A stretch of 64,000 nt of DNA from the human T2T-CHM13v2.0 reference genome, Homo sapiens, in NCBI RefSeq assembly GCF_009914755.1, contig NC_060936.1; one strand, written 5' to 3'. Below, piece after piece: positions 42,132 to 61,636 of this stretch (positions are counted from its first letter, which is position 1; every line of letters starts with the position of its first letter). The notes under the pieces were generated by a model, which searched no databases, was not told the DNA's origin, and saw only the letters and a program-made list of their open reading frames with translations. A program made the translations under genes and the position numbers.

Positions 42132-43964
42132 ATTAGACCTTACCAAAGAACAATCCCCATTAAAACACTCTCATTGTACTCAGGACCAACCTACATGTCC
42201 TTAGTGTTTATCACACACACAGAAGTATACATTTAAAAGCTATGACTAGAATGTCTTTATGCTGTGTGCTGCTTGAAGTTTGGGACTCTATTGGCTTACT
42301 GCTAGGTCCTCAGTACTTAGAATAAGCCTGGCACATAGTAAGCACTCAGTAAAAAAAAAAAAATCAAGTAATCCTTGCAAATACATCAAATTATATTAGA
42401 GTAACAACCAAAAATCATGTAACATGATTCTTGTTCTGGTTAGGCTAATTTAATGACCCAAGATTGACTGGTATGGATAATTACATTTTAATTATAGAAT
42501 ACAAGGTGCTGTTAAAGTATTAACTATTTGGTATTTCATTGATTACAAGATGTACATCTTATTCAGATTTTAACCACTCTGAACACAGAATGCATAAACA
42601 GCATAATAAATGGCACAACTGGTGGCAACTCAGAGTTGCTGCCAACCAGGTGATAGGTGGCAAATAATATAAAAACCTTTGATTGTTATTTTCCAGCAAA
42701 ATCAAGATCAAAGCATTATAGATCCTATGAAATAATGTAGCCCTCTAAAATTTGCAGAGTACTCATAAGACTGACATATGTGTGACTGAAGCAGTAGTTA
42801 AAATATTGAAATACTCTCTTATCTGATTGTTACATAGCTACTTCCTGGAGTCCCCTTCCCACTACAGCAATGCCAACAACTGTGGCTGTCTTAGTGCTTC
42901 CCTTGAAAACCCCTTGCAAGTTTACAATATTAAGTAACTAAAGGATTTACATCCTGCACAGCAGAGGCCCTTCAGAACTCTGTCCCTGTTTAAAGCCAGT
43001 GTCCTTCCTGATTGGTCAGTGCCAGTGTCATACAGCTTAAAGTTCTTTACTATCACCTCTATTACACATAAAATTTTTGATATGATTCAACTCTGAGAGC
43101 GAGTCATAGGAATTATGATCCGCAGGTTTTATAGATGAAGAAATCAGGTTCAGCAAGGCAATGTTACCTATCCAATTCAGCAAACTTCATTTTGAACTGA
43201 CGCCTTTGGTAATAGAGACTGCACAAGGTGGAGAATCTCAAATCCAAGCAAGTACAGGCACAAAACTTGATCGTAAGATTAAGTTAAAGTAAGCAAAAAT
43301 CCCAGAAAAAAACATAAACAGTTAGCTAATTCAAAGATGCAACTCCACCAGGGAATGCCAAGATATGCTCCTGTTAGCAAAGCAGCCCATTTCCAAGAAT
43401 GATTAGCTCTTGGGGCCTCCAGATGAAATGAAGAAAAGAGCAAATGGCTAAATTCAGTATCAAGAGACAGATTGCATATCAGCCCTCTCTGGGCAGCTCT
43501 GGCATTACTGTATTAATGAAATGACCCCTCTAAGAAGTGCCTTTACACACTGTAACTATGCTTCATTTACTGCTCTCTGATGTCTGTATTCTTGCCACAG
43601 TATGAGCACTAAGGAAATATTCAAATGGAAAAGACAATACAAGTAAAGGTAGGGAAAAACAAAAAACAAGTGAAGATTTTTTAAGAAAGGAAGTATTGGG
43701 GAATTATGAGAAATCTTGAAAAGCAAAATAACAAAATTACATCGATTATAACATCAAGAGATTAAGAAGCATAAAGGTATATCCTCCAAATAATACTCAG
43801 CCTCTGAAAGTCACCATGAAAAGTATAACAATATAAACATTAGTGACTGGATAAAAAATTATTTTTGGTACAAACTTTTTAGGTAATTCTTGACTGCAAA
43901 AACCTACATATGGTACTAGATAAAATAAGGAATTGAATTTCCTTTTCCTGGTGGGAAGATTAAA

Positions 43965-44815
43965 AATATATATAATATCTAATAATATATATTATTTATT
44001 ATATCTGTAACTGTACAGTTAATATAAATAATAATTAAATATTATTGAATTATATATTATAATTTATATATTTATATAAGATTATATATTATATATCATA
44101 TATTATATCTGTAACTACAGTTAATAATATAAATAATAATTATATTATTGTATTATATATTAATATGTAACATATAGTAATATAACAGTATATTATATTA
44201 TATATAATTTAATATGTTATAATTTTAATTATATATAATATATAACCTATATAACAGTTATATAACCCCTATACATAATATGTAATATAGTTAGTTTATA
44301 TCTGTAACTATAGCTCACATCAATAATAATTATATTATATTTATATATAATATAGTAATATAACAATATATTATGTATGATGTGTTATAATAATTCAATA
44401 TATTATAATTATAATTTTATAATTTTATAATGATATATTAATATACATTATATTATATATTAACTGTAACTACACAGTTAACAACTATACAGTTAATAAT
44501 TTATGTTATTAACTGTAACTATACAGTTAAAAACTACAGTTAATTACATAAATTATTAACTGTAACTATACAGTTAATAAATATACAGTTAATGTATATC
44601 ATTAACTATAACTATACAGTTAATATAAATAATTATATCAAATAGTTTAATATTAATATAAATAGTATATTATGTAATTATATTTATATTATATACAATT
44701 TTATAGTTATGTGCATTAATATAAGTGAACATAAATAATAGTATATATTAATAATACATATGCTATTATAAGGTAATATAAATGCATATATTATCTATAT
44801 TATGTATGTAAGTGT
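43965..44815. repeat. AT-rich island with recurrent palindromic TTAACTGTA-ACTA-TACAGTTAA motifs
   Basis: About 850 bp of almost pure A/T; motif variants near 44005, 44108, 44301, 44460, 44508, 44556, 44601. Confidence 0.85.
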
Positions 44816-45224
44816 ACAGTTAGATATTCTGATGGGCGTTTCAGACTGATTTTAAATTTGTAACTCTACCACTTTAAATGTTATACATAACCTGTCTGGG
44901 CTAAAGCATTCTTATCTTTTAAATGGAAATAATAATGTGGGCCTCTCGGAATTTTTGTGAGATAATGTACTGGAAGTGTAGACACCACTGCTGAGCATAC
45001 AGTAGTCTTTAGTAGATGATAACTTCTGTTGCTGCTAAAGCCTTTTATCTCTAACTCCAAATTTCACCTCTAGCCATATGAAACAGACTTTCTCATGTAT
45101 TGTCTCTGTGATATTGAGCTTCTGATTGCACAGCATATGTTAAACAGGTTTCTGTTTCTGGCAGTGTGGTGAGCTAAATGTTCATGTGCAGCTCACCTAA
45201 AAGTGCTGAAGTAAAAAACCATTT

Positions 45225-46192
45225 TTTAAATAGACTCTATATTTTAGTATAGTTTATGTCCACAGCAAAATTTAGCAGAAAGTACAGATAGTTTTCATGT
45301 ACTCCGCAAATGTACAGTCTCCCTGGCTTTAAACATCTCTTAGTAGAGTGGTAAAACCTATACTGGCACATCATTATCACCCAAAGTCCATAGTTTACAT
45401 TAGATCTCACTCTTGCTGTTGTGCATTATATGGATTTTGACAAATGTTTGATGACATGTATCCAGCCTCATAGTGCCATACAAAATAGTTTCTCTGTCAT
45501 AAAAATCTTACGTGTTTTATCTATAAGCATCCTTCCCTCCCTGATTTCCAGCAACCAGTGATCTTTTTACTGACTCCATAATTTTTCCTTTTCCAGAATG
45601 TCACATAGTTGGAATCATGTGGTATATAGCCTTTTCAGATTGGCATCTTTCACTTAGTAACATGCTTTTAAGGTTCCTCCATGTCTGGTCATAACTTGAT
45701 AGCTCATTTCTTTTTAGTGCTGAATAATGTTTCATTGAATGGAAGTACCACAGTTTATGTAACCATCCACCTACTGAAGGACATCTTAGTTGTTCTGAAG
45801 TTTTAACAGTTATGAATAAAGCTGCTATAAATGTCCATGTTAAAATTTTTGTGAGTGCACACATTTTCAACTTATTTAGGTAAGAGTGACTGCTGAATTG
45901 TATGGCAAGAGTGTGTTTAGTTTTGTAAGAAATGGCCAACGTGACTGTACCATTTTCATTTTCACCAGCAATGAATGACAGTCCTGTCATTCTCATTGTT
46001 TTGGATATTCTCCATTATATTAAGTGGGGGGTAGTACCACATTGTTGTTTATTTTACAATTCCTTAATGACATATGATACTGAGCATCTTTTCATATGTT
46101 ATTTGCTATCACTGTATCTTCCTTGGTGTGGTGTCTATTCAGGTCTTTTGACCATATTTTAATGGGGTTGTTCGTTTTCTAATTGTTGAGTT
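45225..46192 (-). mobile_element. L1MB-type 3' portion (continues at 61637-62450)
   Basis: Antisense L1MB 3' UTR and ORF2 tail (minus ORF 45601-45996: TFIAALFITVKTSEQLRCPS..W..KLWY). Confidence 0.8.
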
Positions 46193-46574
46193 AAAAATTT
46201 GTTTTAAGTATTTTACATTCATGGGTATACATGCAGATTTGTTACAAAGGTAAATTGCGTGTCACGGGGGGTTGTTTACAGATTATTCTGTCACTCAGGT
46301 AATAAGTGTAAGTATTATAGTATCTGATAAGTATTACAGCTTTTCAGTCCTTATCCATCTCCTGTCCTTCACCCTCAAGTAGGCCCTGATGTCTGCTATT
46401 CTCTTCTTTTGCCCACCTGTACTCGATGTATAGCTGCCACTTATACATGAGAACAAGTGGTATTTCATTTTCTGTTCCTGTGTTAGTTTGCTTAGGATAG
46501 TGGCCTCCAGCTCCATTCATGTCACTGCAAAGGACATGATCTCATTCTTTTTTTATGGCTCTGTACTCTTCCGT

Positions 46575-47436
46575 TATATATATATAAATATATATAGTGT
46601 ATATATATTTATATAATTATATACATTTATATATATTTATATATAAATGTATATAGTTATATAATATAATTATATATAAATATATATAGTTATATAATAT
46701 AATTATATATAAATATATATAGTTATATAATATAATTATATATAAATATATATAGTTATATAATATAATTATATATAAATATATATAGTTATATAATATA
46801 ATTATATATAAATATATATAGTTATATAATATAATTATATATAAATATATAGTTATATAATATAATTATATATAAATATATAGTTATATACTATAATTGT
46901 GTATATATAGTTATATACTATAATTATATATAAATATATATAGTTATATACTATAATTATAAATATATATAGTTATATACTATAATTATATATAAATATA
47001 TATAGTTATATACTATAATTATAAATATATATAGTTATATACTATAATTATATATAAATATATATAGTTATATACTATAATTATATATAAATATATATAG
47101 TTATATACTATAATTATATATAAATATATATAGTTATATACTATAATTATATATAAATATATATAGTTATATATTATAATTATACATAAATATATAGTTA
47201 TATACTATAATTATACATAAATATATAATTATATAATATAATTATATATAAATATATAATTATATAATATAATATATAAATATATAATTATATAATATTA
47301 TATTTATTATATTATATTTATAATAAATATAATATAAATATTATATTATATTTTATTATATATAATTATATATATTTATATATAATTATAGTATATAATT
47401 ATATATATTTTTATATATGGGACCATATATTTATAT
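46575..47436. repeat. AT island containing a 33-bp minisatellite (AGTTATATA[A/C]TATAATTATATATAAATATATAT), about 18 units
   Basis: AGTT anchors at 46655, 46688, 46721, 46754, 46787, 46820, 46851, 46882, 46909, 46942, 46971, 47004, 47033, 47066, 47099, 47132, 47165, 47196. Confidence 0.92.
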
Positions 47437-52117
<4,681 letters not shown>

Positions 52118-52440
52118 TATTATATTTATTATAAATATAATAAATATAATAAATTTAATAAAACATAATAAAAATATAATAAAATATATAATAAAAATAT
52201 ATATAATATAATTATATATATTTATATATAATTATATATTATATATAAATATATATAATTATATTATATATTATATATAACATATATAATATATAATATA
52301 ATTATATATAACATATATTATTTATATATAATTTATTATATTATATATTATATTATTTATATATAATATATAATATATATTATATATAATATATTATATT
52401 ATGTATTATATGTTATATTTATATTTATATATATATATTT
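52118..52440. repeat. AT island (right half of the tract split by the L1PA2)
   Basis: Nearly pure A/T; the older L1 resumes at tttctttatc (52441). Confidence 0.85.
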
Positions 52441-52804
52441 TTTCTTTATCTGGAATACTGTTGATGGGCATTTAGGTTGGTTCCATGTCTTTGTTATTGT
52501 GAATAGTGCTGCAATGAACATACGTGTCCATGTGTCTTTATGGTTCTCATTTATATTTCCTTGGGTGTATACCCAAAAGTGGAATTGCTGAGGTAAATGG
52601 TAATTCTGTTTTAAGTTATTTCATAAATTGCTAAACGACTTTCCACAATGGCTGAACAAATTTATATCCCCACCAGCAGTGTATATGCATTTCCTTTTCT
52701 TCACAACCTCACCAGCATCTGTTATTTTTTTGACTTTTTATTAATAGCCATTCCTAGTGGTGTGAGATAGTATCTCATTGTGGTTTTAATTAGTATTTCT
52801 CTAA

Positions 52805-53119
<315 letters not shown>

Positions 53120-53784
53120 GATGTTAAGCATTTTTTATATGTTTGTTGGCCGAATGTATGTCTTCTTTTGAAAAGTGTCTGTTCAAGTCCTTTGCCCACT
53201 TTTTAATGGGGTTGTTTGTTTTGTTCTTGTAAATTTAAGTTCCTTATAGGTTCTGGATATTAGAGCTTTGTTGGAGGCACAGTTGGCAAGTATTTTCTCC
53301 CGTTCTGTAAGTTGTCTGTTTACTCCGTTGATAGTTTATTTTGCTGTATAGAAACTCTTTAGTTTAATTAGGCCCCATTTATTAAGTATTTGTTTTTGTT
53401 GCAATTGTTTTTGGTGTCTTTATCATGAAGTCTTTGCCAGGTCCCATGTGCCAGATGGTGTTTTCTAGGTTTTCTTCTAGGGTTTTTATAGTTTTATGTT
53501 TTACATTTAAGTTTCCAATCCATCTTGAGTTGATTTTGTATCTGGTGTAAGGAAGGGGTCCAGTTTCAATCTTTCGCATATAGGCAGCCCGTTATTCCAG
53601 CGCTTTTTATTGAATAGGGAAGTCCTTTCCCCATTGCTTTTGTTGACTTTGTAGAGGTCAGATGGTAGTAGGTGTGTGACATTATTTCTGGTCTCTCTAT
53701 TTGGCCCCATTGGTCTGTGTCTGTTTTTGTACCAGTTCTATGCTGTTTTGGTTACTGTGGCCTTATAGTATAGTTTAAAGTCAG

Positions 53785-54143
53785 TGTATTAGTCTGTTCT
53801 CCCACTGCAATGAAGAAATACCCGAGACTGGGTAATTCATAAAGGAAAAAGGTTGAATTGACTCACAATTCTACATTGCTGGGGGAGGCCTCAGGATACT
53901 TATAATCATGGTAGAAGGCAAAGGAGAAGCAGACACCTCAGGGCAGCAGGATGGAAAGAGTGCAAGCAGGGGAAATACCAGATGCTTATAAAACCATCAG
54001 ATCTTGTGAGACTCACTCACTATCACAAGAAACTGCACCCATGATTTGATTACCTCCACCTGGTACCGCCCTTGAAACATGGGAATTATGGGGATTACAA
54101 TTCAAGAAGAGATTTTGGGTGGGAACACAGCCAAAACATACCA
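53785..54143 (-). mobile_element. THE1D/MSTA-like solo LTR
   Basis: tgtattagtctgttctc...cacagccaaaacatacca; 5-bp TSD GTCAG at 53780-53784 and 54144-54148. Confidence 0.9.
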
Positions 54144-55060
54144 GTCAGGTAATGTAATTCCTCCAGCTCTGTTCTTTTCACTAAGAATTGCCTTTGATGT
54201 TCAGGCTCTTTTTGGTATCATATGAATTTTAAAATAGTATTTCCTAATTCCATGGAGTATATCATTGGTAGTTTGATAGGAATACCATTGAATCTGTAAA
54301 TTGCTTTGGGCAGCATGACCATTTTAACAATATTGATTCTTCCTATGCATGAGCATGGAATGTTTTTCCATTTGTTTGTGTCATCTCTGATTTCTGAGCA
54401 GTGTTTTATAATTATTGTTGTAGAGATCTTTCACCTCCCTGTTTAGCTGTATCTCTAGGTATTTTATTCTTTTTGTGCCCATTGTGAGTAGGATTGCATT
54501 ATTGACTGGGCTCTCAGCTTGGATGTTGTTGGTCTTTAGGAATGCTACTGAATTTTGTACATTGATTTTTGTATGCTGACATTTTGCTGAAGTTGTTTAT
54601 CAGATCAAGGAGCTTTTGGGCGAGATTCTAGGGTTTTCTAGCTATGAAATCTGCAAATAGAGATAGTCTGACAAATCTCTTCCTATTTTGATGCCTTTTA
54701 TATCTCTCTCTTGCCTGATTGCCCTGACCATGACTTCCAGTACTATGTTAAATAGGAGTGGTGAGAGAGGACATGCTTGCCTTGTTACAGTTTATAAGAG
54801 GTTTGTTTCCAGCTTTTGCCCATTCAGTATGATATTGGCTGTGGGTTTGTCATAGGTGGCTCTTATTATTCTGAAACATGTTCCTTCAATGCCTAGTTCG
54901 TTGAAGGGATGTTGGATTTTAGCAAAAGCCTTTTCTGCATCTATTGAGAATTCTTGTGGTTTTTGTTTTAGTTCTGTTTATGTGATGAATCACATTTATT
55001 GATTTCGGTTTGTTGAACTAACCTTGCATCCCATGGATGAAGCCTACTTGTTGATCATGA

Positions 55061-55382
<322 letters not shown>

Positions 55383-57240
55383 GATGGTTTAGCTTTTTGA
55401 TGTGCTGCTAGATTTAGTTTGCTAGTATTTTGTTGAGGATTTTTGTATCGATGTTCATCGAGGCTATTGGCCTGATGTTTTCTTTCTTTCTCTTCTTTTT
55501 TTTTTTTTTTTCAATAATGTCCCTCAGGTTTTAGTATCAGGATGATGCTGGGCTCATAGAATGAGTTAGCAAGGAGTCTTTCCTCATCAATTTTTTTCAA
55601 ATAGTTTCAATATAAATGATACCAGCTCTTCTTTTATACATTTGGTATAATTTGGCTGGGAATCCTCATCCTGGGCTTTGTTTGATTGGCCAACTTACTA
55701 CTGATTCATTTTTGGAATTCATTATTGGTCTCTTTAGAGATTCAGTTTCCTCCTAGTTCAGTCATGGGTGGCTGAATGTGTCGAGGACTTTATCCATTTC
55801 CTGTAGGTTTTCTAGTTTGTGTGAACAGAGGTGTTCATAGTAGTCTCTGAAGGTTTTTTGTATTTCTCTAGGGTCAGTGGTAATGTCCCCTTCGTCATTA
55901 CTGATTGTGTTTGTGTGGATCTTCTCTCTTTACTAAAAAAAATTAGTCTAGCTAGTTGTCTTTCCTATTAATGTTTTCATAAAATGACTTTTGGATTTAT
56001 CAATCGTTTGTATGTTTTTTTGTTTGTTAATTTCCTTCAGTTCAGCTTTAATTTTGGTCATTTCTTGTCTTCTGCTAGCTTTTAAGTTGGTTTTCTCTTG
56101 TTTCTCTAGTTCCTCTAGTTATGGGGATAGGTTGTTATAATAATTTCAGGTTTTTCTTACTTTTTGATGTGTGCTCTCAGTGCTATAAACTTCCCTCCTA
56201 ACACTGTCTTAGCTGTGTCCCAGATATTCTAGTATGTTGTATTTTTGTTCTTATTCATTTCAAATAATTGATTTCTGCCTTAATTTTATTACTTACCCAA
56301 AAGTCATTCAGGAGCAGGTTTCCATGTAATTATGTAATTTTGAGTGATTTTCTTAGTATTGATTTCTATTTTTATTGTGCTATGGTCTTGATTGTGGTTA
56401 GTATAAATTCAGTTGTTGTTGTTGTTGTTTCAATTTGCTGAGGATTTTTTTTACATCTGTTTGTGTGGTCAGTTTTAGAGTATGTGCCATAAGCAGGTGA
56501 AAAGAATTTATATTCTGTTGTTTTGAGTGGAGTGTTCTGCAAATGTCTATTACATCCATTTGGTCAAGTGTCAAGTTCAGTCTCAGATATCTTTGTTTTC
56601 TGCCTTAACGATCAATCTAATATTGTCAGTGGTGTATTGAAGTCTCCCACTATTATTGTGCTATCTAAGCCTCTTCATAGATCTCTTAAGAACATGCTTC
56701 ATGAATATGGGTTATCCTATGTAGTGTGCATATATATTTAGGATAGTTAGGTCTTCTTGTTGAATTGAGCCCTGTGCTATTATGTAATGGCCTTCTTTAT
56801 CCTTCTTGGTCTTTCCTGGTTTAAAGTCTATTTTGTCTGAAATTAGAATAGCAACCCCTGATTTTTCTCTGTTTACAATTACTTGGTAGATTTTTCTCCA
56901 TCTCTTTACTTTGAGCTGATGGGTGTCCTTGCATGTGAGATGGAGACTTTTCAAGACAGCATGCAATTGGGTCTTGCTTCTTTATACAGCTTGCCACTCT
57001 GTGCCATTTGATTGGGGCATTTAGCACATTTCCATTCTAGGTTACTATTGATATGTGTGAATTTGTTTCTGTTTTCATGTTGTTAGCTGGTTATTACCAG
57101 ACTTCTCTCTCTGGTGGCTGTGTAGTCTCACTGGCCTATGTACTTAAGTGTGTTTTTGTAGTGGCCAGTAATGGTTTTTCCTTTCCATGTTTAACACTCC
57201 CTTCAGGACTTCTTATAAGGCAGTTCTGGTGGTAGGAATT

Positions 57241-59554
57241 TGATACAGTTTGGCTCTGTGTCCCCACACAAACCTCATCTTAAACTGTACTCCCATAATT
57301 CCCACATGTTGTAGGAGTGACCAGGTGGGAGATAATTGTATCATAGTGGCAGCTTCCCCCATAGTGTTCTCGTGGTAGTGAATAAGTCTCATAAGATCTG
57401 ATGGCTTTATCAGGGGTTTTCGCTTTTGCATCTTCCTCATTCTGTCTTTGCCTGCTGCCATCCATGTAAGACAGGACTTGCTCCTCCTTGCCTTCTGCTA
57501 TGATTGTGAGGTTTCCCCAGCCATGTGGAAATGTAAGTCCAATTAAACCTCTTTCTTTTGTAAATTTCCCATTCTTGGGTATGTCTTTATCAGCAGTGTG
57601 AAAATGGACTAATACAGTAAATTGCTATCAGTAGAGTGGGGCATTGCTGAAAAGATACCGAAAAATGTGGAAGTGACTTTGGAACTGGATAAGAGGCAGA
57701 GGTGGGAACAGTTTGGGGGGCTCAGAATAAGTCAGAAAAATGTGGGCAAGTTTGGAACTTCCTGGAGACTGTTGAGTGGCTTTGCCCAAAATGCTGATAG
57801 CAATATGGATAATAAGGTCCAGTCTGAGGTGATCTCAGATGGAGATGAGGAATTTGTTGGGAACTGGAGCAAAGGTGTGTCTTGTTATGTTTTAGCAAAG
57901 AGACTGGTGGCATTGTGTCCCTGCCCTAGAGATTTGTGGAACTTTGACCTTGAGAGAGATGATTTAGGGTATCTGGTGGAAGAAATTTCTAAGCAGCAAA
58001 ACATTCAAGCGGTGACTCGGGTGCTGTAAAAGGCATTCTGTTTTAAAAGGGAAACAGCATAAAAGTATGAGGAATTTGCAGCCTGACAATGCAATAGAAA
58101 AGAAAATCCCATTTTCCGAGGAGAAGGTCAAGCAGGCTGCAGAAATTTGCATGAGTAACGAGGACCCAAATGTTAACCCCCAAGACAATGGGGAAAATGT
58201 CTCCAGGGCATGTCAGAGATCTTCACGACAGCCCCTCCCATCACAGGCCTGAAGGCCTAGGAGGAAAAAATGGTTTTGTGGGCTGGGCCCAAGGTCCCAA
58301 TGCTGTGTGCAGCCTAGGGATTTGGTGTCCTGTGTCCCAGCTGCTTCATTGTCCCATGGCTAAAAGGGGCCAATGTAGAGCTCAGGCTGTGGCTTCAGAT
58401 GGTGCAAGCCCCAAACCTTGGCAGCTTCCACATGGTGTTGATCCTGCAAGTGCACAGAAGTCAAGAATTCAGGTTCAGGAACCTCTGCCTAGATTTCAGA
58501 ATTTTGCCTGGATGCCCAGGCAAAAGTTTGCTACAGAGACAGGGCTCTCATGGAGAACTTCTGCTAGGGCAGCAAGGAAGGGAAATGTGAGGTCAGAGTC
58601 CCCACACAGAGCCCCTACTGGGGCACCACCTAGTATAGCTGTGAGAAGAGGGCCACCATCCTCCAGACCCCAAAATGGTAGATCCACCAACAGCTTGCAC
58701 AGTGCGCCTGGAAAAGCAGCAGACACTCAGTGCCAGCCCATGAAAGCAGCCATGTGGGAGGCTGTACCCTGGAAAGCCCCAAGGGTGGAGCTGCCCACGA
58801 CCATGGGCACTCACCTGTTGCATCAGTGTGACCTAGATGTGAGAAATGGAGTCAAAGGAGATCATTTTGGAGCTTTAAGATTTGACTGCCCTGCTGGATT
58901 TTGGACTTGCATGGGATCTGTAGCCCCTTTGTTTTGGCCATTTTCTCCCATTTGGAATGATTGTATTTTCCCAATATCTGTACCCCCATTGTATCTAGGA
59001 AATAACCAGCTTGCTTTTGATTTTACAGGCTCATAGGAGAAGGGACTTGCCTTATCTCAGATGAGACTTTGGACTGTGGACTTTTGAGTTAATTCTGAAA
59101 TGAGTTAAGACTTTGAGGGACCATTGGGAAGGCATGATTAGTTTTGAAATTTGAGGACTTGATATTTGGCAGGGGCTGGGGTGGAATGATAAGGTTTGAC
59201 TCTGTGTCCCCGCCCAAATCTCATCTCAAATTGTACTCCCATAATTCCTAGGGAGGGCCTAGGTGTGAGATAATTAAATCAGGGGGGTGGTTTCTCTTAT
59301 AGTGTTCTCTTGGTAGTGGATAAGTCTCACGAGGTCTGATGGTTTTATCAGGAGTTTCCGCTTTTGCTTCCTCCTCATTCTCTCTTTGCCCGCTGCCATC
59401 CATGTAAGATGGGACTTGCTCCTCCTTGCCTTCCTCCATGATTGTGAGGCTTCCCCAGCCATGTAGAACTGTAAATCCAATTAAACCTCTTTCTTTTGTA
59501 AATTTCCCATTCGTGGGTATGTCTTTATCAGCAGCATGAAAATAGACTAATACA
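57241..59554 (+). mobile_element. Full-length THE1 MaLR element (LTR 57241-57616, internal 57617-59186, LTR 59187-59554), THE1A-like
   Basis: Two TG...CA LTRs, polypurine tract before the 3' LTR, 5-bp TSD GAATT at 57236-57240 and 59555-59559. Confidence 0.95.
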
Positions 59555-61636
59555 GAATTCCCTTAGCATTTGCTTGTCTGAAAAATATTTTATTTCTTCT
59601 TGGTTTAGGAAGCTTACTTGGACTGGATATGACATTCTTGGTTGGGAATTCTTTTCTTAAGAATTCTGAATATAGGCCCCCATTGTCTTCTGGCTTGTAG
59701 GGTTTCTCCTGAAAGGTCTGCTGTTAGCCTGATAGATTTCCTTTGTGGGTGACCTGCCCTTCACTCTATCTGCCTTTAACATTTTCTCTTTCATTTTAAC
59801 CTTGGAGAATCTGATGACTATGTGTCTTGGGGAGGGTCTCCTTATGTAGTATTTTGCAAGGGTTCCCTGAATTTTCTGAATATGAATATTGGCCTCTCTG
59901 GCAAGGTTGGGAAAATATTCATGGATGATATGCTGAAATATGTTTTCCAAGTAGCTTGCTTTCTCTCCATGTCTTTCTGGGAAGCCATTGAGCCATAGAT
60001 TTGATCTCTTTACATAGTCTTATATTTATTGGAGGTTTTGTTCATTCTTCTTTATTGTTTTCTCTTTATTTTTGCCTGATTGAGTTATTTTGGAAAGGCA
60101 GTTTTCAAGCTCAGAGTTTCTTTCCTCAGCTCCGTTGATCCTGCTGTTAATACTTGTGATTGTATTGTGAAATTCTTGGAGAGAGTTTTTTATCTCTATC
60201 ATCTCAATTTGGTTCTCTGGCCCCTCAGGGTTGGGAACTTGCTGGATTGTAAGGGCTGAGGTGTTCCTGGACCACTGGCCGCAACACTCTGAAGGATGGT
60301 GCTGACCAAAGCATTTGTCAGGCCATGGCAGCAAGATCCTTGCTCATTTGCACATGCCAGCAGCAGCACTGGCTCATCACCTTGGGCAGAACACTGGTGA
60401 GCCTGGGACTGCTGACTTCCAGGTGGGCTTTGGCAGTGTTAGTAATGGCAGTGCTGAGTTGCAGAGGGGGACTACTGGGGTCCATGTGTGTGTTTCCACC
60501 TGCAGCAGTGTGGGCACATGGGTGGGGTGCTGGCAGGCACTGGTGAGTGCATTCCATCTACAAGTGGTAGTGGCATAAGGCAGGTGGCAGGGCTGCTGGT
60601 TTCCCTGTCCATGTTCATACCAGTGACAGTGAGAGTGCAGGGATATGGGGCAGGGCCACTGGTGTCTGTGTTTGTTTTTGTGCTGGCAATGGCAGCACAG
60701 TGGTGCAGTGGCAGTAAGGGGTGGGTATGCTTGCACTGACAGCAATGGTCCAGTGGGGTACACACACACCCACATGCAGGAAGTAAAGGGGAGACAAAGT
60801 CTGTCCACATGTTAACCAGCAAAGCAATGGGGGTGAGGGGGTGCTCCTGCATGAGTGATTGCTAGCAAAGTGGCACAGAGGAGAGTGAGGTTGGAGAGGG
60901 TGTGGGTGGACTGTGACTCCAGGAGAATGCCACTCTCCTGGAGGTCTCCGACAATCAGGTGCACTCTGCCAGCAGGAGGTATGATGCAGACCCCAGGAGG
61001 CATCCTGTTAGATATCCAAAGCTGCACTGCAAGCAAGCATGGCCAAGCTTGGGCCCCAGGGGAGGCCGGCAGACAGAGGGGAACTCAGGTCAAACGGGCC
61101 TCATCTCACAGGCAAGATTGCTCTGCTCTGTTCAGGTCTTACAGTTCCCCTAAGACTACCATCTCCTAGCGGAGCATGGAGACCCTTGGAAGATGGGTGT
61201 CACTGACCTTGCTCCCCTGCAGATGTTCCCACACCAAACCCTTGGAGCTCCAAACGGGCTAGAATCCTGCCACTACCACTTCCCTAGGCAGCTCTTCCTG
61301 ACAGTTCATGTCCTGGAGGACCGTGGGGTGTCCTGCTGCCAGGATTCCAGAGGTCTTACGGCATGAGTGGGTCACTTGTCACCTGCTCTACTGACCTTAT
61401 CACCAGGAGTGCTTGGGGAGCCTGGAATAAATCCCAGTACACAGTAGCCTTGTGCAGAGTTCCCAGCTTCCAACCACTTCAGCCCAGCATCTGTGTCCTC
61501 CCTCCGTCCACTCTCAATGCCTTCCTTCCAAAGATGTGTTTGAAGTGCACCAGTCTTCTACTATCCTGGTCTCTTGGTGGCAGATGTGCCTCCTACTTTC
61601 ATATGGTTGGCCATCATGTGTCCTGAAAAAAAAATT

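Noticed and set aside
46655-47230. CRISPR-like array (33-bp period)
   Set aside because: Head-to-tail AT minisatellite with no unique spacers, no cas genes, and a primate context.
58170-59036. 288-aa ORF as a novel protein
   Set aside because: It lies wholly in THE1 internal sequence, where residual open frames are common; there is no evidence of selection or expression.
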